Source of the DNA: a virus
Reading direction: 5' to 3' (one strand)
IMG/VR virus record: IMGVR_UViG_3300032291_001296
Location: 1-64,000 of that record
DNA length: 64,000 nucleotides
Shown here: piece by piece, positions 27,066 to 36,994 of the stretch
How the letters are laid out: every line of letters begins with the position of its first letter
Numbering within the stretch: the stretch's first letter is position 1
Made by a program: the position numbers and the translations under genes
The notes under the pieces: model-generated
Told to the model about the DNA's origin: nothing
The model's input: only the letters and a program-made list of their open reading frames with translations
Databases searched by the model: none

Positions 27066-30000
27066 ATGCCTTACAGTTTTACCTACTTCAAAGATGAAGT
27101 GAAAGAGTGGTTCCTTGAGAACGTTCCTACTAGTAAAAGAATACTAGATGTTGGTCCTGGAATAGGGACTTATTCAGACTTATTGCGTTCATTAGGATAT
27201 AGAATGGATGCTGTAGAAATCTATGAACCATACATAGAGAAGTATAATCTTAGAACTAAGTATGATAATGTTTTTATAGGAAGCATTGTTACATTTGATA
27301 TTAATGATTATGACTTTATTATTCTAGGAGATGTGTTAGAACATATTCCTACAAACTATGCAAAAGAACTAATCAGAGATATTGTTAGTGCAAAGAAAGA
27401 ATGTTTAGTGGCTATACCATATGAGATGGAACAAGGAGAACATGAAGGTAATATTCATGAGACTCATTACCAACCAGACCTTACACATGAAGTGATGGGT
27501 GAAAGATATCCAGAGCTTACTTGTATATACAGGAATGAATACTATGGCTATTATATGCATACACATATAAAAGAAGAAAAAATGTATGTATTATATGCAA
27601 ATGCATCTTATTATGATGTTGTGTGCATGGCTGTAGAAAGTATTAAGAAGGTAAGTGATGTTCCTGTACTAGTCTATATGCTTGATGATTATAGAGAAGT
27701 ACCTGGTGCATACACTGTATGGTGGAAGTGTGATGTAGAAGACTTACCGAAAGAAGAATATATAGATAGAAATAAGTCTAGTGTATACAAGTTATTGATC
27801 CAAAGACCTCTTATAGTGAAGGATGCTCTTGAAAGATTTGCTAAGACTGTATGTTATGTAGATTCTGATAGTGTGGCTACAGCTAATGTAGATGATATAT
27901 TTGGATGGTATGATGAACAATCTTGCTATCCATATTTCACTGAAGGTATATATGATTATCTATTCATTAATGGAAGAGGTAGTAATGAATTCTCTAGAAC
28001 ATTAGAACGTCCAGCATGTGAGTTATTTGGGGTAGATCAATCTGTTAGAAGAAAATATAGACAGACAGGTTACTTTGTAGCAGGTCAACATACTATTCCG
28101 TTCTTAGATGAGTGGAGTTGGATGTGCAATCACCCAGAGGTATTAAAGAACCCACAATACTATGCTCCTTATCACGAAGAGACAATAGTGAATGTGTTGT
28201 TATGGAAACACAAGTTCTTAGATGGTCTTCCTTATATATACACTAATGCTGGCCTAGATAAGTTTGATAGAGTGTATAATGAAGATAATTGGGGCAAGTA
28301 TTTAGAATCTTGGTTCAAGATACCAGAGAGTGAGGATCGATTGTTCTTCTTACATGGAGAGAAAGATCCTGTTAAAATGTCTAAACTAATGTCTAAACTA
28401 CCTTCAAAAATGTCTAAACCTTTGAGAATATTATTCCTTGCTCCTCATTTATCTACAGGAGGTATGCCACAGTTTCTTCTTAAGAGAATACAAACACTGA
28501 AGGATTACACAGATGTAGAAATAGCTGTTATAGAATATCAATGTCATAGTTTAGACTTTGTTGTACAAAGAAACAAGATAAGAGATCTAATGCCAGCAGG
28601 TAAGTTTGCTACACTATTTGAAAACAAACTAGAACTGTTTGATCACATTAAAGCATTTGAACCAGATATTATCCATATAGATGAAATGTCCGAGAGACTT
28701 GATAGAGATATGATCACTAGATTGTATGCTGATGATAGAAAATATAGAATCATAGAAACATGTCATGATGTATCTTTTGTACCAGACACAAAGATATTTA
28801 TACCAGATGCATTTGCATTCTGTAGCCCTTATCATATGGATACATTTGCTAAGCTTGATGGATATAAACAAGTGATTGAGTATCCTGTTGAGTTTAACTT
28901 CATGGGATGGAATGAGAAAATTGGAGCACAAGCAAATCTTGGAATGGATATAACAAAGAAACATGTTGTAAACATAGGACTTTGGACTAAAGGAAAGAAC
29001 CAGGGAGAAGGACTAGAAGTAGCTAGACAGATGCCAGATGTACACTTTCACTTTGTAGGTAATCAAGCTGGTAACTTCATAGACTATTGGGAACCATTAA
29101 TGGAAAATGTTCCAGAGAATGTAACTATATGGGGAGAGAGAACAGATACAGATGCATTTATGAAAACTGCAGATGTATTTATGTTTAATAGCACATGGGA
29201 ATGTAATCCACTAGTGCTTAGAGAAGCTATCAGTTATGGTAAGACTATTCTTGCTAGAAACCTTCCTCAGTATAAAGATATGTTCACTAAGTATATAACT
29301 AATCTAAATCCTATTATGATTGCCGCACAGATAAGAAATCTTTTAGAATTCCCTGCAAAATATCCTATACCAACTGATAACTTACCAATGGTATTTGCTA
29401 ATAACAATTGGAACTTGTATAAGTATGCAGCGTCTGTTACTCCACAGAAAAACAATATAAATGATTATAACATCATACAGAACTTTGTAGGCCAACCATT
29501 CTTAGAGATAACTGGTACATCTACTAGTGACTTTCGTGTAGAGTTTTATGATGGTGATGTATTAGTACATAGTGATGTAATCAAATGTAACCATTGGATA
29601 AAACTTGCTAGAGAGTATTATACACAGTGGAGAACAGTTGTATATAAAGATGGAGAAAAGGTGTATGATAAACTTCTAGATCTAGAAGGTAAGAGAGTGT
29701 ACATTGCTTTTGAGAGCTCTTCTTTAGGAGATACAATAGCTTGGATACCATATGCATTAGATTTCAAGGTGAAACATAAGTGTGACGTGATTGTAAGTAC
29801 ATTCAAGAACTTCTTGTTTGAAGGTGCATATCCAGAGCTTGAGTTTGTTGATCCAGGGACCAATGTAACTAATCTGTATGCTATGTACAAACTTGGTTGG
29901 TTCTATAATGAAAACAAAGAGCCAGTACTTCCTAACACTATACCCTTACAGCAGACAGCTACAAACATTCTAGGTCTTCCTTATGAAGAAGTCAAACCAA

Positions 30001-30515
30001 GAATTGCATATGAAAAATCACCTGTTGAAGGTATGTATGTAACTATTGCAACTAATAGCACATCTGGATGTAAGTTCTGGACCAGAGAACATTGGCAAGA
30101 GGTAATTAATTACTTACATGACCAAGGATATAAAGTGATAAATGTATCACTAGAAGATAATCCATTTGAGAACTGTCAAGGATTACTTGACAAGTCAATT
30201 GAAAATACTATGCGTGTCATTGATGAAAGCATATTCTTTATAGGATTATCTAGTGGACTTAGCTGGTTAGCATGGGCTCTTGATAAAGAAGTGATAATGA
30301 TCTCTAATTTCACTGAAGCTAATCATGAGTTCCAATGTCATAGACCAGTGAATACAAGTGTATGCCATGGATGTTGGAATGATCCACAATATACATTTGA
30401 TAAAGGAGATTGGGACTGGTGTCCTGTTCATAAAGGAACAGACAGGCAGTTTGAGTGTCAGAAAAGTGTTACACCAAATATGGTGATAGAAGAAATAAAA
30501 AAGCTCCTTAAATAG
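27066..30515 (+). CDS. Multi-domain enzyme: SAM methyltransferase + GT-A + GT4-like GT-B + TibC/Aah-like protein O-glycosyltransferase
   Basis: ILDVGPGIG/GDVLEH; YVDSD; APHLSTGGMP/ECNPLVLREA; SLGDTIAW, FIGLSSGLSWLAWA and VCHGCWND..WCP.H..FEC.K. Confidence 0.85.
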   Translation: MPYSFTYFKDEVKEWFLENVPTSKRILDVGPGIGTYSDLLRSLGYRMDAVEIYEPYIEKYNLRTKYDNVFIGSIVTFDINDYDFIILGDVLEHIPTNYAKELIRDIVSAKKECLVAIPYEMEQGEHEGNIHETHYQPDLTHEVMGERYPELTCIYRNEYYGYYMHTHIKEEKMYVLYANASYYDVVCMAVESIKKVSDVPVLVYMLDDYREVPGAYTVWWKCDVEDLPKEEYIDRNKSSVYKLLIQRPLIVKDALERFAKTVCYVDSDSVATANVDDIFGWYDEQSCYPYFTEGIYDYLFINGRGSNEFSRTLERPACELFGVDQSVRRKYRQTGYFVAGQHTIPFLDEWSWMCNHPEVLKNPQYYAPYHEETIVNVLLWKHKFLDGLPYIYTNAGLDKFDRVYNEDNWGKYLESWFKIPESEDRLFFLHGEKDPVKMSKLMSKLPSKMSKPLRILFLAPHLSTGGMPQFLLKRIQTLKDYTDVEIAVIEYQCHSLDFVVQRNKIRDLMPAGKFATLFENKLELFDHIKAFEPDIIHIDEMSERLDRDMITRLYADDRKYRIIETCHDVSFVPDTKIFIPDAFAFCSPYHMDTFAKLDGYKQVIEYPVEFNFMGWNEKIGAQANLGMDITKKHVVNIGLWTKGKNQGEGLEVARQMPDVHFHFVGNQAGNFIDYWEPLMENVPENVTIWGERTDTDAFMKTADVFMFNSTWECNPLVLREAISYGKTILARNLPQYKDMFTKYITNLNPIMIAAQIRNLLEFPAKYPIPTDNLPMVFANNNWNLYKYAASVTPQKNNINDYNIIQNFVGQPFLEITGTSTSDFRVEFYDGDVLVHSDVIKCNHWIKLAREYYTQWRTVVYKDGEKVYDKLLDLEGKRVYIAFESSSLGDTIAWIPYALDFKVKHKCDVIVSTFKNFLFEGAYPELEFVDPGTNVTNLYAMYKLGWFYNENKEPVLPNTIPLQQTATNILGLPYEEVKPRIAYEKSPVEGMYVTIATNSTSGCKFWTREHWQEVINYLHDQGYKVINVSLEDNPFENCQGLLDKSIENTMRVIDESIFFIGLSSGLSWLAWALDKEVIMISNFTEANHEFQCHRPVNTSVCHGCWNDPQYTFDKGDWDWCPVHKGTDRQFECQKSVTPNMVIEEIKKLLK

Positions 30516-30524
30516 GAGCTTCTT
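30497..30524. terminator. Probable bidirectional terminator overlapping convergent stops
   Basis: AAGCTCCT-TAAAT-AGGAGCTT flanked by an A-tract. Confidence 0.65.
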
Positions 30525-30687
30525 CATTTACGTAAGGTTGTTCATCATACCAAGTCCATCCATCTACTGGATAGGTGTATGTATCTTTTAATTCTTTTTC
30601 TAAAGTATAATCTGGTGCATACACAAAGTTAGGTGCATATATCCAATTATCATCTTCTAGTTTGTAAAAACCTGCTGTTGTTTCCAT
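30508..30687 (-). CDS. 59-aa protein, possible fibre-assembly factor (not in track)
   Basis: METTAGFYKL...YAPNFV...YTYPVDGWTWYDE..., directly after the LRR fibre gene. Confidence 0.7.
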   Translation of the reverse strand: METTAGFYKLEDDNWIYAPNFVYAPDYTLEKELKDTYTYPVDGWTWYDEQPYVNEEAPI

Positions 30688-30691
30688 ATTT

Positions 30692-32878
30692 TTATCCTGT
30701 TACGGTCCACCCTTTAGCTGTTGCAATTGAACGTGTGCATCCAGCTGCTCCTGTGCAACCTGTTATGTTGATTGTTTTTGATGTTATTGTTGTTAAATCT
30801 GTGAACAATTGATTTAATGCTGTAATTCCTAAATCACAATAAGAAACATTTATTTGTGGTGATGATCCTGACCATTGTCCTGCTCCTGTATTTAATAATC
30901 TTAATGAATTTAATCTGTTAAAATTTGATGTTGTATTTTGACCATTTAATGTTAATGATGAAAAAGGACAACTAAAACTTAATGATGTTATTGAATTCAT
31001 ATAACTATATGTTCCTCCATTAATAGTTCCAGTTACTAAAGGAGTAGCTGTTAAACTTCCTAATTTAGCTAAATTAGTAATAGTTGTTAAATTTGAACAT
31101 CCAAAAAACATAGAGGCTATACTTGTTAATCCTGATGTTTGTGTTGTTGGTAATGTTAAAGTCTTTAAGTTAACACAATTTAAAAATGAACTATTGTAAG
31201 TAGTTAAAGATGCAGATACAGTAGCTGGCATAGTAAGTGTTTCTAAAGAATAACATGAATTGAAAGCGTTACTAAAATCAGTACAAAGAGACATACTTGT
31301 AGGCATTGTGACTGACGTTAAATTATAACAACTTGAAAACATTATGTTTGCTGTAGTTACATTATTCATTGTAGAAGGGAACGTAACAGAAGTTAATCTG
31401 AAACAGGTTTGAAAAGTAGAAGATAAAGAAGTTACAGCTGTTAAACTTGTAGGCATTACTATTGTTTCTAACTTGCTACATCCTGAACACATACTTACCA
31501 TTGTCGTGCAACTATTTTGAGCGTTATTTGGTAATGTAATTGAAGTTAAATTAGAACAGGCATTAAACGTGCTTTGTAAACTTGATATAGTCCATGCAGA
31601 TGGTATTGTAATAGATTTTAAACTAAAACAATTGACAAATGTGGAAAGCATAGTCACGTTTGTTCCAACTGTTGATGGTAATGTAACTGAATTTAATAAA
31701 TAACAACTATTAAAAGTATTGGACATGTTACTTAAATTAGTCATTCCTGATTGAAAAGTAACACTTGTTAAAGAATAGCAGTTTTGAAAAGCTCCTGATA
31801 ATGTACTTGCATTAAAATTTGTTGGAAATAATAAATTTTTTAAAGACGAACACGCTGAAAAAGCAGACACTGCATTATATGCCGCATTAGATGAACATGA
31901 AGATGGAAAATATACATTTTGTAATTGAGAGCAGTTTGCAAAGGCGCTACTAATACTAACTATAGTACTTGGTGATGCAGGAGTAGGTAATGATGTAAAT
32001 TTAACCCATTGCAATGAATTACAATTAGCAAGTAAACTAGTTAACGATGTGCATAAATTTATACTCGGAAATGTTACATTTTTTAAAGAATTACATCCAC
32101 TAAAAGTAGATGTCATAGCGGTACAACTATTTAAAGTTGTAGGAAAAGATACTGTTCTTAAATTAGTACAGTTTTGAAAACTACTTTGTAAACTAGTTAT
32201 TCCTGTTGCATTTGATGGAAATGTTATATCTCTTAAGTTTGAGCAGTTATTTGCCATAAAACTTACATCATTTAATGCAGATGCTGATGTAGGCATTATA
32301 ATCTTATATAGATTAACACAGTTTTGGAACATGTAACCTAGTTGTATAGTCCAATCAACTGTTGAAGGTAGCTTTACATATTCTAAATATTGAAAAGAAC
32401 CTGAAGACGCACTAGTATTAATAGAGCTAAAATAATATATATTAAATGCAGTTGTGTTACAAGTTCCGTTTCCAAAATAAGCTTCTAATAAACCTATATT
32501 ATAGAAACCACCTGATACAGAACGATTAGCTATGTGTTGTGCATTTGTTATTACACAAGTGGCATCTCCATATATTCTAATCTTCCAAGTATTATATCCT
32601 CTTGAACAAGGTGTACCCCCTGTTGAATAAACATGAGATGTAGTTGTAGATGCTGTAGATGAAATAGTATCAGTAACCCCATCTCCCCAATCTATATAAA
32701 TATTTCCTGAACTACGAGTAAATGTTGTAATAATAGAAAATGCTTTTGATCCCTCATCACATACTAAAAATTGCACCTCATTAGGAGTATCAGTAATTGC
32801 TATCCAATCTGAAGGTCTTACCCAATCAGATGGTGTTGCTATAGGTGCTATTGAGTTTATAGGTACGTTAAATGCCAT
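30692..32878 (-). CDS. BspA/LRR-repeat receptor-binding-like protein
   Basis: IDWGDG (PKD-like) N-terminus, many F.NC..L..(I/V).(F/L/M)P repeats and a C-terminal AKGWTV. Confidence 0.75.
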   Translation of the reverse strand: MAFNVPINSIAPIATPSDWVRPSDWIAITDTPNEVQFLVCDEGSKAFSIITTFTRSSGNIYIDWGDGVTDTISSTASTTTSHVYSTGGTPCSRGYNTWKIRIYGDATCVITNAQHIANRSVSGGFYNIGLLEAYFGNGTCNTTAFNIYYFSSINTSASSGSFQYLEYVKLPSTVDWTIQLGYMFQNCVNLYKIIMPTSASALNDVSFMANNCSNLRDITFPSNATGITSLQSSFQNCTNLRTVSFPTTLNSCTAMTSTFSGCNSLKNVTFPSINLCTSLTSLLANCNSLQWVKFTSLPTPASPSTIVSISSAFANCSQLQNVYFPSSCSSNAAYNAVSAFSACSSLKNLLFPTNFNASTLSGAFQNCYSLTSVTFQSGMTNLSNMSNTFNSCYLLNSVTLPSTVGTNVTMLSTFVNCFSLKSITIPSAWTISSLQSTFNACSNLTSITLPNNAQNSCTTMVSMCSGCSKLETIVMPTSLTAVTSLSSTFQTCFRLTSVTFPSTMNNVTTANIMFSSCYNLTSVTMPTSMSLCTDFSNAFNSCYSLETLTMPATVSASLTTYNSSFLNCVNLKTLTLPTTQTSGLTSIASMFFGCSNLTTITNLAKLGSLTATPLVTGTINGGTYSYMNSITSLSFSCPFSSLTLNGQNTTSNFNRLNSLRLLNTGAGQWSGSSPQINVSYCDLGITALNQLFTDLTTITSKTINITGCTGAAGCTRSIATAKGWTVTG

Positions 32879-32882
32879 TGGT

Positions 32883-33185
32883 TTATACTGTTGTTTCTGT
32901 TATTACTAGATTCACTACTATATCAGCTTGTGGAGGGAATTGAGCATAAAATGTTGCTTCTCCTGCTGCCACTCCTATATAAGGAAGTATATTTGCATTA
33001 TATGCTGTTTGATAACTTGCATTTTGAGGTGTTGCTGATACATCAGAATTTGCAGTAATCCATCCTGCATATAATGTATATAAATAATATCCTCCTGATA
33101 AAGTCCAACCTGCAGCAGATAATGTTAGTGATGATACTCTTAAAGGTGTTGATCCTCCTCCAACTGTTACTCCATTTATTTTCAT
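32883..33185 (-). CDS. Small beta-rich fibre-associated protein
   Basis: TLSAAGW motif, located between fibre genes. Confidence 0.6.
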   Translation of the reverse strand: MKINGVTVGGGSTPLRVSSLTLSAAGWTLSGGYYLYTLYAGWITANSDVSATPQNASYQTAYNANILPYIGVAAGEATFYAQFPPQADIVVNLVITETTV

Positions 33186-33196
33186 AATTTTTTATT

Positions 33197-36100
33197 TTAT
33201 AATTCTATCCAAGTATTATCTGGATCAAATCTTATGATGTATAAACCATTGTTTTGACTTCCTGTGTTCCAATAAGTGTATCCAATAAGTCTAACAACTT
33301 TTCCAGCACTAGTTGTTGGTACATCTGAACAATTACCAGCAGACTCTAAATATAAAGGAGATCCCTCATAAGAACTTAGATTAGTAGTAAATGTTGTAGA
33401 AACAAAACCTCTAATCAATACTTCTATAGGTTCATTACCTGCAGTTGTATTAGTTAAACAAACACCTAACATATTTATTGATTCTTCATTAGCAGAATCA
33501 TGTTGTGCTACATCCCACTTACCTCCATATAAACTTCTATATATTATTTGTCCTTTTGAAAGTACAGCATTTGAATATTCATATGCTAATATTTCTCCAG
33601 TTGCTACATAAGTTGTATTAGCTCCCCATGATTGTAAATCACTTAATACTGAAGTAACACCATCATACACTTCATAATTAATAGGTGCTACTACAGCTCC
33701 AGCTACAAATGAATTAACAGGAGCATTAAAAATACAATTAGCTTCTGCAACTATTCCTCCAGCACCATCTGATGTCAACACTTGATTGTCTGAACCAGAT
33801 ACAGTAGGAGATACACCACTAGTACCTGATGTACCATTAGTACCATTAACACCAGCAGTACCTGACGTACCTGTGGTACCTGAACTACCTGATGTACCAC
33901 TAGACCCACTTGATCCTGCAGTTCCACTTGTACCAGTTGTTCCAGAAGTACCAGTCGTACCACTGCTTCCAGAGGTACCTGATGTTCCGTTTGTTCCATT
34001 CACTCCAGAACTTCCTGAGGTGCCAGAACTTCCTGATGAACCTGAGCTTCCACTAGTACCAGATGTACCACCAGAACCATTAGTTCCACTTGTACCTGAA
34101 GAACCTGAAGAGCCCGAAGTTCCTGTAGTACCTGATGTAGCAGAAGATCCTGAACTACCACTTGTACCACTTGTTCCTCCTGTACCATTAGTAGCAGAAG
34201 TTCCACTTGTTCCAGTAGTTCCCGAGGTACCATTAATACCTGAGCTTCCAGAAGTACCACTAGTTCCTCTAGATCCAGATGTACCTGAAGTTCCTGTTGT
34301 ACCAGAAGTACCAGATGTAGCACTCGTACCTGAGGTACCAGTTGTTCCAGATGTACCTGTTGTTCCTGAAGAACCTGAGGTAGCTGAAGAGCCACTTGTA
34401 CCTGATGTACCATTACTTCCATCTCCTCCTGTAGCACCATCAAGGTTGACAGACCATGTACAATAGAATCCTGATCCCACAGTTCTTGTAGGAGCAGCAA
34501 ATACTAATACCCCTGTACTAGGATTATAAGATACTACTTCACACTCTTGGTAATTAGTAGCATCGTATGCTATTATGATAGATTGAGCTACTGTGTACGC
34601 TAAGTTAGTTCCTACAGTGATTGTACCACTATTACCTAACGTAAAACATGTAGATGATGTTGTTGCAAATTTATCTCCAGAATATCCCGAAGTACCTGAT
34701 GTTGCAGAGCTTCCACTACTTCCTGAAGAACCACTAGTTGCACTTGTACCAGAGCTACCACTTGTAGCTGATGTACCTGAAGTACCACTCGTTGCAGAAG
34801 TACCAGATGTACCTCCTGTAGAAGATGTTCCAGAAGTTCCTGCTGAACCATTTGTTCCACTTGAACCACTACTTCCACTAGTACCATTTGTTCCATTTAA
34901 TCCTGAGGTACCAGATGTACCTGTACTTCCACTAGTTCCACTAGAACCACTTGTTGCAGAAGACCCAGAAGTTCCACTAGTTGCGGATGTACCTGATGTA
35001 CCACTAGTTCCATTAGTTCCATTAATACCATTAGTACCGTTGATTCCTGATGTTCCTGAACTTCCACTAGTAGCTGAAGTTCCAGATGTACCAGAGGTTC
35101 CACCTGTACCATTAGTACCTGATGTGCCTGAAGAGCCACTAGATCCAGTTGTACCACTAGTTCCTGATGATCCACTAGTAGCAGATGTACCAGAGGTTGC
35201 AGAAGTACCTGATGTTCCAGTAGTACCTGACGTAGCACTAGTACCAGAAGATCCTGATGTACTACCTACAGAAACACCTATTTGTTTTGTTACAACAATA
35301 ACTGAAGGTGCTGCAGGTGCAGTGTATGGAGAAGATTTAGCAGCCTTAGCTGTTAATTGAACATTTGCATTTGAAGAAGAAAATACAATCTCTAAATAAT
35401 CATTAGCATTTAAATTTAATATAAAGGATACATACGGTAGTTGTAACACACCATCTGATGTAATACTTAAGTATGAATCTGTTCTGACAATATCGTTACC
35501 ATTTTTTCTGATCCATATTTCTAAGTCTGTACTTGCTCCACCAGTTTTTTCTACTTGTAGAGAATATCCAAATTCATATATACCAGCATATGGATATCTA
35601 ATCTGTTGACCAAAATCTAAGATGATACCATTATCTATTTCTGTTGTATTATATGTAACTACTGTTGGAGTATTTGCTCCTGTGATAACTTGATTTCCAT
35701 TATCAGAGTAACTTGCATACCAGTTAGCTATAGCAGCTCCAGATGAACCATTTAGTCCACTAGATCCACTACTACCAGCAGTACCACTTGTCCCTGATGT
35801 TCCTGTAGTACCAGAAGTTCCGCTACTACCAGATGTGCCTGATGATCCACTTGTGCCCGAAGTACCTGTTGTTCCACTAGAGCCACTTGTTCCATCAGAT
35901 CCAGATGTTCCACTAGATCCGCTAGTACCTGTAGTACCTGAGCTCCCACTAGTTCCTGTTGTGCCACTACTTCCAGATGTTCCATCTGTTCCAGAAAATC
36001 CACTTGTACCACTAGAACCACTAGTCCCTGTTGTACCTGATGTACCTGTTGATCCAGAGCTTCCTGAGGTTCCACTTGATCCACTAGTTCCAGTAGTTCC

Positions 36101-36982
36101 ACTGGTTCCTGTTGTACCACTTGTTCCTGTACTTCCAGAGGTCCCAGAAGAACCAGAACTTCCATCACCACCACTAGTTCCATTTAAGTTAACATCCCAT
36201 ATACAATAGTTACCACTACCCACTACTATTGTAGGGCTAGCAAAAACTAAATCTCCTGTAAAAGGATTATATGATGTTACTACAGATTCTTGATAGTTAG
36301 TAGCATCATATGCAATAACAATTGATTGACCAGGAGTGTATGCCAATCCTATATCAACACTTAATGTTCCTGAGTTACCTAATGTAAAGCAATCTGTAGA
36401 AACTGTTCTATATTTATCACCATTTAATCCTGATGTACCGCTAGTTCCACTCGTTCCATCTGTACCGCTTGTCCCAGTAGTACCAGAGGTTCCAGAGGTT
36501 CCTGTAGTTCCAGAGCTACCAGAAGATCCAGTTGTTCCAGAACTTCCACTTGTTCCTGTGCTACCACTAGTACCGCTAGTACCTGTTGTCCCACTTGTAC
36601 CTGTTGTACCGCTAGTACCATTGATTCCTGAAGTACCACTTGTGCCATTAGTCCCAGATGTTCCACTAGTACCTGCTGTTCCACTTGTAGAAGAACTACC
36701 AGATGATCCTGAAGACCCACTAGTACCTGTGGTACCAGAAGTTCCTGAAGTGGCAGATGTACCACTAGTGCCTGAGGTTCCTGACGTACCACTGGTACCA
36801 GAAGTACCACTAGTCCCATCAGCACCAGCACCAGAACATAGTCTATCATTAATTTTCTTTAATGCAGATTCAAGGGTTTCATTAGTATTAATACCAGTAC
36901 ATATCAAGTTAGGTCCTTCGTAAAATACACAGGACGCACTTAATAATATTGGGCAAGGATTAGCTGCACAAATTACACTCAT
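33197..36982 (-). CDS. Collagen-like (Gly-Thr/Ser-Ser)n fibre with interspersed globular domains
   Basis: Four long G-X-Y blocks dominated by GTS/GSS/GTT, a duplicated ~80-aa domain, a C1q-like domain and a C-terminal beta domain. Confidence 0.85.
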   Translation of the reverse strand: MSVICAANPCPILLSASCVFYEGPNLICTGINTNETLESALKKINDRLCSGAGADGTSGTSGTSGTSGTSGTSGTSATSGTSGTTGTSGSSGSSGSSSTSGTAGTSGTSGTNGTSGTSGINGTSGTTGTSGTTGTSGTSGSTGTSGSSGTTGSSGSSGTTGTSGTSGTTGTSGTDGTSGTSGTSGLNGDKYRTVSTDCFTLGNSGTLSVDIGLAYTPGQSIVIAYDATNYQESVVTSYNPFTGDLVFASPTIVVGSGNYCIWDVNLNGTSGGDGSSGSSGTSGSTGTSGTTGTSGTTGTSGSSGTSGSSGSTGTSGTTGTSGSSGTSGFSGTDGTSGSSGTTGTSGSSGTTGTSGSSGTSGSDGTSGSSGTTGTSGTSGSSGTSGSSGTSGTTGTSGTSGTAGSSGSSGLNGSSGAAIANWYASYSDNGNQVITGANTPTVVTYNTTEIDNGIILDFGQQIRYPYAGIYEFGYSLQVEKTGGASTDLEIWIRKNGNDIVRTDSYLSITSDGVLQLPYVSFILNLNANDYLEIVFSSSNANVQLTAKAAKSSPYTAPAAPSVIVVTKQIGVSVGSTSGSSGTSATSGTTGTSGTSATSGTSATSGSSGTSGTTGSSGSSGTSGTNGTGGTSGTSGTSATSGSSGTSGINGTNGINGTNGTSGTSGTSATSGTSGSSATSGSSGTSGSTGTSGTSGLNGTNGTSGSSGSSGTNGSAGTSGTSSTGGTSGTSATSGTSGTSATSGSSGTSATSGSSGSSGSSATSGTSGYSGDKFATTSSTCFTLGNSGTITVGTNLAYTVAQSIIIAYDATNYQECEVVSYNPSTGVLVFAAPTRTVGSGFYCTWSVNLDGATGGDGSNGTSGTSGSSATSGSSGTTGTSGTTGTSGTSATSGTSGTTGTSGTSGSRGTSGTSGSSGINGTSGTTGTSGTSATNGTGGTSGTSGSSGSSATSGTTGTSGSSGSSGTSGTNGSGGTSGTSGSSGSSGSSGTSGSSGVNGTNGTSGTSGSSGTTGTSGTTGTSGTAGSSGSSGTSGSSGTTGTSGTAGVNGTNGTSGTSGVSPTVSGSDNQVLTSDGAGGIVAEANCIFNAPVNSFVAGAVVAPINYEVYDGVTSVLSDLQSWGANTTYVATGEILAYEYSNAVLSKGQIIYRSLYGGKWDVAQHDSANEESINMLGVCLTNTTAGNEPIEVLIRGFVSTTFTTNLSSYEGSPLYLESAGNCSDVPTTSAGKVVRLIGYTYWNTGSQNNGLYIIRFDPDNTWIEL

Positions 36983-36994
36983 TGGGTTGGGTTA

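Noticed and set aside
30692-33185. Diversity-generating retroelement targeting the LRR/fibre genes
   Set aside because: No reverse transcriptase and no template/variable repeat pair are visible in the window.
33780-36830. Possible CRISPR array or DNA tandem repeat
   Set aside because: The periodicity is 9-nt and protein-driven with synonymous variation. There is no repeat-spacer structure and no cas genes.
33775-36923. Long ORFs rich in VPLVP/EVP (+ strand) and LVVQ (alternative - frames)
   Set aside because: They are antisense or frame shadows of the G-T-S repeat fibre gene, whose repeat codons lack stops in other frames.
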